A stretch of DNA of 29,262 nt from an uncultured bacterium (GCA_965612795.1 CBFDTI010000008.1:1-29262); one strand, 5' to 3'; positions 1 to 9,039 are shown, counted from the first letter of the stretch. The notes: generated by a model from the sequence alone, not told the origin. Numbers and translations: made by a program.

Positions 1-375
<375 letters not shown>

Positions 376-428
376 TGCCAACCTTCAACCTCCGACCCCA
401 AAATTTACCCCTCATCTTACCCTCCTCT

Positions 429-455
429 ACCGCGGGGCCGCCCTCCCCCCGCGGT
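429..455 (+). terminator. GC-rich hairpin after 23S; possible terminator or processing stem
   Basis: ACCGCGGGG (429-437) / CCCCGCGGT (447-455), a perfect 9-bp stem with a 9-nt loop. No proper U-tract follows. Confidence 0.4.
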
Positions 456-486
456 TACTAATCAACTAAAAAGGAACCTATAACAC

Positions 487-513
487 TTGACACCCTCCCC
501 TATACTTTATCTT
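487..513 (+). promoter_or_regulatory. Putative sigma70-type promoter of the DUF5320/NifX cluster
   Basis: TTGACA at 487-492 and TATCTT at 508-513. The spacer is only 15 nt, so the -10 assignment is uncertain. Confidence 0.45.
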
Positions 514-516
514 TAA

Positions 517-534
517 TTATAGGATATCCTAAAA
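517..534. promoter_or_regulatory. Palindromic operator, DtxR/MntR/SirR-box-like
   Basis: Perfect 12-bp palindrome TAGGATATCCTA (520-531) within TTATAGGATATCCTAAAA, just downstream of the putative promoter. Resembles TTAGG-N4-CCTAA boxes. Confidence 0.55.
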
Positions 535-563
535 AAGTTTGGTAATTGAAAGAAGGAGGTGAG

Positions 564-794
564 ATGTGGTGGGGTTGGCATCCATGGTATTGGTGGGCAT
601 GTAGGTGGTTTCCGTGGTTACCGCGTTGGTGGTGGACCGGCATATATGGTCCGGTTTATTGGGGCCCTTATGGGCCGCAGGTTGTGTGGTCGAAGGAGGA
701 CGAGATTCGCATGTTGGAGGAGGAATCGCGCATGTTACGCGAACGCCTTGATATTATAGAGAAGAGGCTTGAAGAGCTTAAAAAGGAGGCATAA
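564..794 (+). CDS. DUF5320-like Trp-rich small protein with C-terminal coiled coil (76 aa)
   Basis: SD AGGAGGTG before ATG 564 (preferred to TTG 546). CRWFPWLPRWWW motif and EDEIRMLEEESRMLRERLDIIEKRLEELK tail. Confidence 0.8.
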   Translation: MWWGWHPWYWWACRWFPWLPRWWWTGIYGPVYWGPYGPQVVWSKEDEIRMLEEESRMLRERLDIIEKRLEELKKEA

Positions 795-1048
795 TGTGGC
801 GTGGTAGAGGTTGGTGGGGTCCATGGCCTGGTCATGGTCCTTTCAGTTACTTGCCACCGTGGTTACGACCTGGTTGGTGGTTCGGCCGCGGTTGGTGTTG
901 GTGGTTTTATCCCTATCTGATGGGTTATCCGTATTATTCACCCTGGCTATATCCTTATACACCTTTCTCATTTACTGGAATGTACCCTTATTCCCCCACT
1001 TATCCCACATCCGCCTACACACAGCTACCTAAATCGGAGGTTAAATGA
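794..1048 (+). CDS. Trp/Tyr/Pro/Gly-rich small protein (GPWPGxGPFSYLPPWxRPGW type)
   Basis: SD AGGAGG and TAATG coupling to the upstream gene. The motif resembles small proteins of archaeal NifX clusters. Confidence 0.75.
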   Translation: MWRGRGWWGPWPGHGPFSYLPPWLRPGWWFGRGWCWWFYPYLMGYPYYSPWLYPYTPFSFTGMYPYSPTYPTSAYTQLPKSEVK

Positions 1049-1653
1049 AGCTACTCATAGCGAGCGCAGGTGAGGGCGGGCTTGACGATATGGTATCACC
1101 TGTATTCGGTAGGTGTCCATCTTTCACTATAGTGGAGGTTGAGAATAGCCAGATCAAGAATGTTCGTGTCATACCTAACCAGTATGCATCAGCTGCGGGT
1201 GGTGCCGGTATTCAAGCTGCTCAACTAGCAGCCAACGAGGGTGTAACTGCAGTGATTGCAGGTCATTTTGGGCCCAATGCCGCGATGGTGCTACAGCAAG
1301 CTGGTATAGAAGCTGTGTCTGCATCCCAGATGACCATACGTGATGCAGTAAACCGTTATCTAAAGGGTGAGCTCACCTCCCAACCGAGTGCACCCACATA
1401 TGGGGTACCACCATATGGTCCAGGTATACCTTACGGGCCTGGTATGGGATATGGTCCTGGCATGGGTTACGGCCCCGGTATGGGTTATGGTCGTGGTATG
1501 GGATATGGTCGCGGTTATGGCGGTTGGGTACCTACCTCCTATCCACCTGCTGAACCTCCACGTGAACTTGAGAGAGAATGGCTCGAATTCGAGAAACGCA
1601 TGTTGGAGGAGCGGTTGAAGCAGATCGAACGTCGGCTGAAAGAGCTAAAATAA
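1045..1653 (+). CDS. NifB/NifX-family (FeMo-co biosynthesis-like) protein with Gly/Tyr repeat linker and DUF5320-like coiled-coil tail
   Basis: VSPVFGRCPSFTIVE, GGAGIQAAQ and GHFGPNA motifs; SD GGAGG; ATGA overlap with the upstream stop. Confidence 0.9.
   Translation: MKLLIASAGEGGLDDMVSPVFGRCPSFTIVEVENSQIKNVRVIPNQYASAAGGAGIQAAQLAANEGVTAVIAGHFGPNAAMVLQQAGIEAVSASQMTIRDAVNRYLKGELTSQPSAPTYGVPPYGPGIPYGPGMGYGPGMGYGPGMGYGRGMGYGRGYGGWVPTSYPPAEPPRELEREWLEFEKRMLEERLKQIERRLKELK
1414..1521 (+). repeat. Six tandem 18-nt units encoding YGPGIP-(YGPGMG)x3-YGRGMG-YGRGYG
   Basis: Visible in the translation. Third codon positions differ between units, so the repeat is conserved at protein level. Confidence 0.9.
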
Positions 1654-1925
1654 TGCCAGGCCGCAGATATCGAGGTGGTAGAAATCTATGGCCCGGTCGT
1701 TGGCCCTATCCCATAAGATGGTGGCGACCGGGCCAGTCTCAACTACCGGTTAGAACTTACCCCACAATTGACAGCTCCTTATGTAAAGGTTGTGGTATCT
1801 GTGCAACCGTATGTCCTACCGGTGCCATAAGAGTTGAAGATAAAGTAGCTAAGATTGATGCTTCTCAATGTATCCAGTGTGGTCAGTGTGTACATGCATG
1901 TCCGGTTGGTGCGATTAGGTTCTAA
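1653..1925 (+). CDS. 2x[4Fe-4S] ferredoxin with Arg/Trp/Gly/Pro-rich N-terminal extension (90 aa)
   Basis: CKGCGICATVCP and CIQCGQCVHACP motifs. ATG 1653 overlaps the upstream TAA (preferred to 1578). Confidence 0.9.
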   Translation: MPGRRYRGGRNLWPGRWPYPIRWWRPGQSQLPVRTYPTIDSSLCKGCGICATVCPTGAIRVEDKVAKIDASQCIQCGQCVHACPVGAIRF

Positions 1926-2767
1926 TGGTGATCGCTGTTGCTTCAGGCAAGGGTGGTACCGGTAAAACTACCGTCGCGGTCAACCTTGCGTTATCACTTT
2001 CTGATGTGCAATTCATAGATGCAGATGTGGAGGAGCCCAACGCTAACCTATTCCTTAAGGTTGATCTACAAAAGCTCGAAGATGTGGCGATACCCATACC
2101 ACAGGTGAACGCCAACTGTAGCTTCTGTGGCAGATGTACCGAATTCTGTCAGTACAATGCGATCGTGGTCATACCTAACAAGGTGATCGTATTTCCTGAA
2201 CTATGTCATGGCTGTGGTGGCTGTAAACTCGTATGTCCAAACAATGCAATCGCTGAGCAACCCCACGTCATAGGGTATATAGAACATGGTAAAACCGACA
2301 CTATCGAATTCTATCACGGTGTGTTGAAGCCGGGCAAACCCTCCGCTACTCCCATCATACGGCAACTCAAACGCAAGATCGACCCCACCCGTACCGTTAT
2401 CATAGACGTAGCCCCCGGTATCGGCTGTACGGTTATCGAATCCCTAAGGGGGGTGGATTTCTGTCTACTTGTGACCGAACCCACACCGTTTGGATTGTAT
2501 GATCTCGATCTCACCGTGAGCGTTATAAAACAACTTCATATACCCTGTGGTGTGGTAATCAATCGTTCCACTATAGGTGATGATAGGGTTCAACACTACT
2601 GTGAAGCCCAGAATATACCCGTACTTCTACAGATACCATATGATGATAAGATTGCGCAATTATATTCACAAGGTATACCTTTTGTCTCACAATTTGACAG
2701 TTGGCGTGATAAGTTTCGTAGCCTATTTGATAAAATAAATGAAGCAGCTCACCATAATAAGTGGTAA
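1925..2767 (+). CDS. MinD-superfamily P-loop ATPase with inserted ferredoxin domain (COG1149-type), copy 1
   Basis: SGKGGTGKTT, DADVEEPN, CSFCGRC..C and CHGCGGC..CP, VTEPTPFG. Confidence 0.93.
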   Translation: MVIAVASGKGGTGKTTVAVNLALSLSDVQFIDADVEEPNANLFLKVDLQKLEDVAIPIPQVNANCSFCGRCTEFCQYNAIVVIPNKVIVFPELCHGCGGCKLVCPNNAIAEQPHVIGYIEHGKTDTIEFYHGVLKPGKPSATPIIRQLKRKIDPTRTVIIDVAPGIGCTVIESLRGVDFCLLVTEPTPFGLYDLDLTVSVIKQLHIPCGVVINRSTIGDDRVQHYCEAQNIPVLLQIPYDDKIAQLYSQGIPFVSQFDSWRDKFRSLFDKINEAAHHNKW

Positions 2768-3608
2768 GGGTGGTACTGGTAAGACTACCATCACTGCCAG
2801 CTTTGCGATACTTGCAGACAGTCCAGTCATAGCTGATGCTGATGTGGATGCACCCGATCTACATCTTATTTTAGCTCCGAAACCGTTCGAAACCATCCCG
2901 TATGTTGGTATGAAAGTAGCCGTTAAGGACCATACCCTCTGTAAGCTCTGTGCTGAATGTCGTAAACACTGTAGGTTTGACGCCATCGATGAAGAGCTTA
3001 ACATCATCGAAGATATGTGTGAAGGTTGTGGCGTATGTGCACACGTATGCCCTAACGATGCAATAACTTTGAAACCTACCCCTGCAGGCTATGCGTATAT
3101 GTCAGAAACGAGGGCAGGCCCTATGTCACATGCGGTGTTGAAACCCGGTGCTTCAACCTCCGGTAAGCTTGTCACCCTTGTACGTGAAAATGCGCGTAAG
3201 CTCGCCAGCCGTTACAATAGGGAGTTGATAATAATTGATGGACCACCTGGTATCGGGTGTCCAGTTATTGCCGCTATCGTGGGGGTTGACCTTGTACTGA
3301 TAGTTACTGAACCCAGTGTCACCGCTATTCATGATATGGAGCGCATACTTGAGGTGGTAACCCATTTCCATATACCTGTACTTGTGTGCATCAACAAATG
3401 TGATCTTAACCCCTCCATGACACACGAGATCGAACACTATTGTAAAACCCGTAGCATATCAGTTGCGGGTAAGCTACCTTTTGACAAAGCTGCCACTATG
3501 GCGATGGTAGCTGGTAAATCTGTGGTTGAGTTCAACGATAGCATGCTTTCACCTAAGCTACATGATTTGTGGACTGTTGTATCACAGTATCTTTTCACTT
3601 CAACATAG
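2739..3608 (+). CDS. MinD-superfamily P-loop ATPase with inserted ferredoxin domain (COG1149-type), copy 2
   Basis: SGKGGTGKTT, DADVDAPDL, CEGCGVCAHVCP, DGPPGIGCPV. Confidence 0.93.
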   Translation: MKQLTIISGKGGTGKTTITASFAILADSPVIADADVDAPDLHLILAPKPFETIPYVGMKVAVKDHTLCKLCAECRKHCRFDAIDEELNIIEDMCEGCGVCAHVCPNDAITLKPTPAGYAYMSETRAGPMSHAVLKPGASTSGKLVTLVRENARKLASRYNRELIIIDGPPGIGCPVIAAIVGVDLVLIVTEPSVTAIHDMERILEVVTHFHIPVLVCINKCDLNPSMTHEIEHYCKTRSISVAGKLPFDKAATMAMVAGKSVVEFNDSMLSPKLHDLWTVVSQYLFTST

Positions 3609-3656
3609 ATCCTATATCACACTTGTTGATACACTATAGAAATTACTTTTATTAAG

Positions 3657-5411
3657 ATGAATTGGTACGGTTGGTGTGGCAGACTAATCGATGTTGATCT
3701 TTCACATAAAAAAATAGGAATTGTACCGTTAGATCCAGATACAGTCAGGTTGTATCTTGGTGGTAGGGGGTTAGGTGTTTACTTGGTGTATAATGAACTC
3801 AACAGGTATATCGATCCACTATCTGCCGATAACTTGCTGGTATTTGCAGCAGGGCCACTCACTGGTACACCAGTACCAACTACGGGAAGGTTTGCATGTG
3901 TATCGAAGTCACCTCTCACCGGTACAATATTGGATTCCAACTGTGGTGGTAGGTTTGGTCCCTACCTCAAGTTCGCCGGTTACGATGCTATCATAGTGCG
4001 TGGCGCCTCACGTACCCCGGTCTACATAAGGATTGCAGACGATGTTGTATCCATAGAGGATGCACGTTCGTTATGGAGTAAAAACGTACGTGATACCACA
4101 GCCGCATTAAAGGAATACGGTTCCGTACTATGTATAGGGACTGCTGGTGAGCGTTTGGTAAGATTTGCCAGCATAATGAATGACAACATCTCTGCGTTAG
4201 GTAGGGGTGGTTTGGGTGCAGTGATGGGTAGTAAAAACCTAAAAGCTATTGTTGTTAATGGTTCAAACCGGCCCAAGGTCTACGATCCCAATCTTTTGCG
4301 GTATCGTAACGCTGACATCACGCGGTTACTTGTTGCAAGCCCAGTATCTTCCAAGGGTTTGCGTGTGTACGGTACACCGGTACTTATGAATCTTATCAAT
4401 TACATGAAGGTATTACCAACCGCTAACTTCCGCAGGTCAACCTCCCCTCATGCGTATGAGTTATCCGGTGAACGCATACATGAGCGGTTTGGGGTTAAAC
4501 TTACCCCATGTTATGGATGCCCCATAGCTTGTAAACGTGAGATCAAACCCTCAGGTGTGGAGGTACCCGAATACGAAACATTGGCAATGTTGGGTACCAG
4601 CTGTGAAGTTACCAACCTAAATGCTATAATAGAGGCTAACCACCTCTGTAACGACTATGGTATGGACACCATATCCTGTGGCGCTACAATAGCATGTTAT
4701 GCTGAACTCAATAACTTACAGCTTGACCCTGGAACACTCATTTCACTTGTACATAAGATTGGTACCCGCAAGGACGTGGGGGATGAGCTCGCTGAGGGTG
4801 CACACCGTTACGCTAGCAAGATGGGGCACCCCGAACTTAGTATGGATGTTAAAGGGCTTGAACTCCCCGGATATGATCCACGAGGTGTGTTCGGTATGGC
4901 GCTCGGTTATGCAACCTCCAACCGCGGTGGTTGTCACACACGTGCATATATAGTGGGGATGGAAATCTTCGGTAAACCCAAACTCATACACCGTCTATCG
5001 TGGGTTGGCAAACCTAACCTCGTGGCGCTGCTACAGAACATATTTGCGGCAGTAGATTCAACCGTAATGTGTAAATTTGCATTATTTTCAGTAAGCGAGG
5101 AGGAGATCGCCAATGCATTATCTGCTGTTACGGGGATAGATTTTACCTCTGAGGATTTTATCCAGGTGGGTGAACGTATCTGGAATCTCGAGCGTCTTTT
5201 CAACCTACGTGAGGGGTTCACTAAATTGGATGATACGCTACCGGAACGTTTCTTCCAGGAAGATACAGATGTAAAAAGGATATCTAAATCCGAGTTCATG
5301 TCAGCATTACTGGAGTATTATCGTGCAAGAGATTGGACTAAGGATGGTATACCCACACACGATAAACTACAGGCGCTTTCAATAGCAGCTGAGTACAGTC
5401 ATGTGGCGTGA
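3657..5411 (+). CDS. aor: Aldehyde:ferredoxin oxidoreductase family (tungstopterin) enzyme
   Basis: YLGGRGLG, SKSPLTG..DSNCGG, GRGGLGAVMGSKNLKAI, CYGCPIAC, PEYET, GMDTIS, VKGLELPGYDPRG. Confidence 0.95.
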   Translation: MNWYGWCGRLIDVDLSHKKIGIVPLDPDTVRLYLGGRGLGVYLVYNELNRYIDPLSADNLLVFAAGPLTGTPVPTTGRFACVSKSPLTGTILDSNCGGRFGPYLKFAGYDAIIVRGASRTPVYIRIADDVVSIEDARSLWSKNVRDTTAALKEYGSVLCIGTAGERLVRFASIMNDNISALGRGGLGAVMGSKNLKAIVVNGSNRPKVYDPNLLRYRNADITRLLVASPVSSKGLRVYGTPVLMNLINYMKVLPTANFRRSTSPHAYELSGERIHERFGVKLTPCYGCPIACKREIKPSGVEVPEYETLAMLGTSCEVTNLNAIIEANHLCNDYGMDTISCGATIACYAELNNLQLDPGTLISLVHKIGTRKDVGDELAEGAHRYASKMGHPELSMDVKGLELPGYDPRGVFGMALGYATSNRGGCHTRAYIVGMEIFGKPKLIHRLSWVGKPNLVALLQNIFAAVDSTVMCKFALFSVSEEEIANALSAVTGIDFTSEDFIQVGERIWNLERLFNLREGFTKLDDTLPERFFQEDTDVKRISKSEFMSALLEYYRARDWTKDGIPTHDKLQALSIAAEYSHVA

Positions 5412-5955
5412 ATTCGATAAATTTGGCAAAAAATTGGTACAGTATGGGTTAACGCATTCGCATTTCGGTAACATGAGTGTGAGAGTAGGTGATAAGATGT
5501 TCATCACCCGTAGTGGTAGTATGCTTGATGAGTTGGATGAGAATCAGATCGTGGAGGTACATTTACATAAACCGACGAGCTTCGATATAATCGCATCCTC
5601 TGAGCTTATCGTACATCGTGAAATCTATAAGAATACATCTGCATTGGCAATAATACATGCACATTCGCCGTTCGCAGTTATATTGTCGTTGTTGACGGAT
5701 GAGAAAGAGATCATGCCGGTAGATTCCGAAAGCATATATTTTCTGCATGAAATCCCTATAATTACCGGTAAGGTGGGGTCAGCCGAACTCGCACGTAATG
5801 CTGCTAATGCGCTCAAAGATCATAAGGCTGTTATAATAAAGGGGCACGGTACAATTGCTATAGGTAAAATTTTAGAAGAAGCCTACGTCCATCTATGCTG
5901 TGTCGAACATGCTTGTAAAGTTAAGTATTTTATGGACTTACACAAAATACGCTAA
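5401..5955 (+). CDS. Class II aldolase/adducin family protein (fuculose-phosphate-aldolase-like)
   Basis: GNMSVR, ITRSG, SSELIVHREIY, IIHAHSP and GHG Zn-ligand motifs. Confidence 0.92.
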   Translation: MWREFDKFGKKLVQYGLTHSHFGNMSVRVGDKMFITRSGSMLDELDENQIVEVHLHKPTSFDIIASSELIVHREIYKNTSALAIIHAHSPFAVILSLLTDEKEIMPVDSESIYFLHEIPIITGKVGSAELARNAANALKDHKAVIIKGHGTIAIGKILEEAYVHLCCVEHACKVKYFMDLHKIR

Positions 5956-6323
5956 CTGGATGACTTATTTAGCTCCTCATAGGCAAGTTTCGCCAACCCA
6001 CCCGCAATGTGAGCTTTGAGTGTTTTCTCCCGTAATTCGCCTTCGAGTCGTTTCATAACAGTCTCAGTATCTGCACGCAATATATTGCGTACGGTTTGAC
6101 GTGTTATACCGAGATGTTCTGCGATCTCGGCTTCCGTCTTTTGATAATCATTAGCTAATACTACCACATAAGCAGCTTCAAATAAGCTAGGTAGCCAGGT
6201 GAGGTTACGGTACGTGATCAACTTCTTTGGGCCGCCCAAAATTTCTAAAGTTTTGAGAAATACACGGATGGCGGCACTGTCAACATCGGGACGCTGAATT
6301 TCGTCAGGCTTCAAAATTGCCAT
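5952..6323 (-). CDS. KaiC-associated regulatory (HTH) protein
   Basis: RNLTWLPSLFEAAY and HTH KTEAEIAEHLGITRQTVRNIL; SD GAGGAGGT; adjacent to the KaiC-like gene. Confidence 0.85.
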   Translation of the reverse strand: MAILKPDEIQRPDVDSAAIRVFLKTLEILGGPKKLITYRNLTWLPSLFEAAYVVVLANDYQKTEAEIAEHLGITRQTVRNILRADTETVMKRLEGELREKTLKAHIAGGLAKLAYEELNKSSS

Positions 6324-6334
6324 CTTACCTCCTC

Positions 6335-7210
6335 TTATGATGATCTACGCATAAGTGTAGTAAGACTTGGCCCTATGCGGACCAGTCCTGTTTTTGTGAT
6401 TTCCATAACATGTGTATCAGTGTCATGGCCACATAAGCGACAACCATCAATCCTAAACAACCGTATAAGTTCGCCAATCGGTCGTTTATAAAGACGTTCG
6501 TCGTATGTACTGCTGATCATCTTTTTGGTTAACACCATCGTACCATCCAATATATGGGCTACGGCATAGCCGCCGGCTGCTTCAGCAGAAAGTTCCTCAT
6601 GGCCTGACCGTTTCTGTGATACAAAAAGTGCAGTTTGATACCAGCGTTTCATAAAGTTATACAGTTGACGTACTATTGAGCGTGCCATCATCTCCCTTGC
6701 CTCAAACAACCCAGTAATTGAATCTATCACCGTAATTTTTATGCGATATTTTTTAATAGCATATGCGAGCGTATTAAGTAACGTGGGTATCTCCTCGCGT
6801 AGCGATGTGTATGATGCGGCATCTATTATGATGAGGTTGGATTCGATTTCCTCGTAATCCAAAGACATTGCAATCGAACGTGATTTTAATGCAGATGCCA
6901 GGAATGGAGCTGGTGTCTCAACTGTTACAAATGCTACGGGTAGACCTATTGAAGCTTGTTTCAATGCAAACTGTTCAACCATAAGGCTCTTACCGGTATC
7001 CGGTATGCCGGTGAGATTTAACACAGCATATTGGGGGAACCCACCTAATGGTACACGTTCTGGACCAGCCTCTGTTACCTTCGTTGTGAAAAACAGCCCA
7101 TCTAACCCCTCTACACCCGTTGGTATACCCCGTATTTCAGGGGCTGACTTGGCAGCTTCACCTAATTCCGTCACTGCGGATTCGACAATCTCATGCTCTT
7201 TATGGGTCAT
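6335..7210 (-). CDS. Single-domain KaiC-like ATPase (AF_0795-type thermophile family)
   Basis: GIPTGVEGLD, Walker A GIPDTGKS, Walker B VIDSITG, AEAAGGYAVAHILDG, IDGCRLCGHD. Confidence 0.9.
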   Translation of the reverse strand: MTHKEHEIVESAVTELGEAAKSAPEIRGIPTGVEGLDGLFFTTKVTEAGPERVPLGGFPQYAVLNLTGIPDTGKSLMVEQFALKQASIGLPVAFVTVETPAPFLASALKSRSIAMSLDYEEIESNLIIIDAASYTSLREEIPTLLNTLAYAIKKYRIKITVIDSITGLFEAREMMARSIVRQLYNFMKRWYQTALFVSQKRSGHEELSAEAAGGYAVAHILDGTMVLTKKMISSTYDERLYKRPIGELIRLFRIDGCRLCGHDTDTHVMEITKTGLVRIGPSLTTLMRRSS

Positions 7211-7305
7211 ATTATAAAATATGTCAAATAAAAGTGTGGCAACTGCAGCACTATGATAGGAGTTGACGTTACACTTTTTGGTAGAATTTTAAATAAGCTG
7301 TTAAC

Positions 7306-8256
7306 ATGAAACGCATCATGGTGACGGGTGCGTTGGGTCAGATAGGGTCGGAGCTTATCATTACACTACGTGAAAAATATGGTGCCGATTCGGTACTCGC
7401 TGTGGACTACAGGGCACCCGACAAGGATTATGCCGGATTGTTTGAATTAGCCGACGTACGTAACAGGGAGGTACTCGACCGGCTTGTCACTAAGTATAAG
7501 ATAGACACAATTTACCATCTTGCAGCTATACTATCAGCTAAGGGAGAAAATAATCCACAGCTTGCGTTCGAAACTAACATACTTGGGTTGTACAATGTGC
7601 TTGAGGTGGGGCTCAAACATAGGATTGAACGCATAATAGTACCGAGTTCAATAGCTGTGTTTGGTCCTGATGCCCCAAAGGAGAACACACCGGTTGAGGT
7701 GGCACTACAGCCTACCACCATGTACGGTATTACGAAAGTGGCAGGTGAATTACTGGGCAACTATTACTACCATAGGTTTGGGCTCGACGTACGCGGTGTA
7801 CGGTTACCAGGTATTATAAGTAGTGAAACACTACCAGGTGGTGGTACCACCGATTATGCGGTGGAAATGTTCTACGCTGCAGTTAAAGGTGAACCTTATA
7901 TATGCTTCGTACGTGCAGATACCGTATTACCCATGATGTATATGCCGGATTGCATAAAAGCGCTTATACAGCTGGCGGAAGCTGATGGCTCAAGCTTGCG
8001 CTATAGATGCAATTATAACGTAACCGCTATGAGTTTCTCTGCGGGTGAGCTGGCGGATGCGATCCGTGAGTTCATACCAGATTTTGTATGTGAGTTTAAA
8101 CCCGATCACCGTCAGAAGATAGCGGATGCGTGGCCAAGGTCGTTGGATGATTCTGCGGCACGCGAGGATTGGGGATGGCAACCCGACTACGATCTTAGAG
8201 CTATGACAAAAGATATGATAGATAAACTGAGGAAGAAACTTCATCCCCCGAAGTAG
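7306..8256 (+). CDS. NAD-dependent epimerase/dehydratase SDR, L-threonine 3-dehydrogenase-like
   Basis: TGALGQIG, YGITK, PGGGTTDYAV, LPMMYMPD. Confidence 0.88.
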   Translation: MKRIMVTGALGQIGSELIITLREKYGADSVLAVDYRAPDKDYAGLFELADVRNREVLDRLVTKYKIDTIYHLAAILSAKGENNPQLAFETNILGLYNVLEVGLKHRIERIIVPSSIAVFGPDAPKENTPVEVALQPTTMYGITKVAGELLGNYYYHRFGLDVRGVRLPGIISSETLPGGGTTDYAVEMFYAAVKGEPYICFVRADTVLPMMYMPDCIKALIQLAEADGSSLRYRCNYNVTAMSFSAGELADAIREFIPDFVCEFKPDHRQKIADAWPRSLDDSAAREDWGWQPDYDLRAMTKDMIDKLRKKLHPPK

Positions 8257-8264
8257 GAGGGCAA

Positions 8265-8957
8265 ATGTGGTGGTTCGACCCTCTTTATATTTTTATGATG
8301 ATACCTGTTTTTATAATATCCATAATAGCACAGATGTGGGTCAAAAATGCATATGCTAAATATTCGAGGATACCCAATCGCAATAAGATAACGGGTGCAG
8401 AAGCGGCGCAAATCATAGCACGTAGGATGGGCCTCCAGATAAACGTGGAGTTAACTTCTGGTTTGCTGTCAGATCATTATGATCCACGTACACGTACGTT
8501 AAGGCTATCGCCACACGTCTATAACGGGTACAGTATTGCGGCTGTCGGTATCGCTGCACATGAAGCTGGACATGCCATCCAACACGCATATGGATATGCA
8601 CCACTACAGCTACGTAGTGCACTCGTACCGGTGACAATGTTGGGGTCGAACCTCGCATGGCCGCTTATATTTGTGGGCTTTATATTTCATTGGCTTTCAC
8701 TCATAAAGTTGGGGATACTCTTCTTCACCGCGGTAGTGGTGTTCCAGCTTATTACCTTGCCGGTGGAGTTCAATGCCAGCCAGCGTGCACTGAAAGTTCT
8801 ACACGATACTAATATACTTACCAAGCGTGAGCTATCGGGTGCACGTGAGGTGTTGACGGCAGCTGCACTCACTTACGTGGCAGCTGCTACCGCAGCTATC
8901 TTACAACTACTATATTTCCTTATACGGGCAGGACTTATCGGTGGACGTGAAGAGTGA
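8265..8957 (+). CDS. Membrane neutral zinc metallopeptidase (YugP-like)
   Basis: LSDHYDP, AAHEAGHAIQH, TLPVEFNAS, AAALTYVA; SD AGGAGG. Confidence 0.93.
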   Translation: MWWFDPLYIFMMIPVFIISIIAQMWVKNAYAKYSRIPNRNKITGAEAAQIIARRMGLQINVELTSGLLSDHYDPRTRTLRLSPHVYNGYSIAAVGIAAHEAGHAIQHAYGYAPLQLRSALVPVTMLGSNLAWPLIFVGFIFHWLSLIKLGILFFTAVVVFQLITLPVEFNASQRALKVLHDTNILTKRELSGAREVLTAAALTYVAAATAAILQLLYFLIRAGLIGGREE

Positions 8958-9039
8958 AGAGCATACCATAGTTTGAGCCAAGAAACGTCTGTTATTGTTA
9001 TGTTTTAATTGACCTATACTATATCACGTTTATCTTAGT

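Noticed and set aside
564..640. Trp-codon-rich 5' ORF as a tryptophan attenuator leader
   Set aside because: The ORF is 76 aa with a conserved coiled-coil tail, no terminator/antiterminator follows and there are no trp genes downstream.
1414..1521. 18-nt periodic repeat as a CRISPR array or VNTR
   Set aside because: There are no spacers, and synonymous variation shows it is a protein-level repeat. No CRISPR array or cas gene was seen in the window.
1045..1653. Nitrogen fixation inferred from the NifB/NifX domain
   Set aside because: No nifHDK genes are present, and this family is widespread in non-diazotrophs.
6335..7210. Circadian clock
   Set aside because: Single-domain KaiC-like protein with no kaiA or kaiB nearby.
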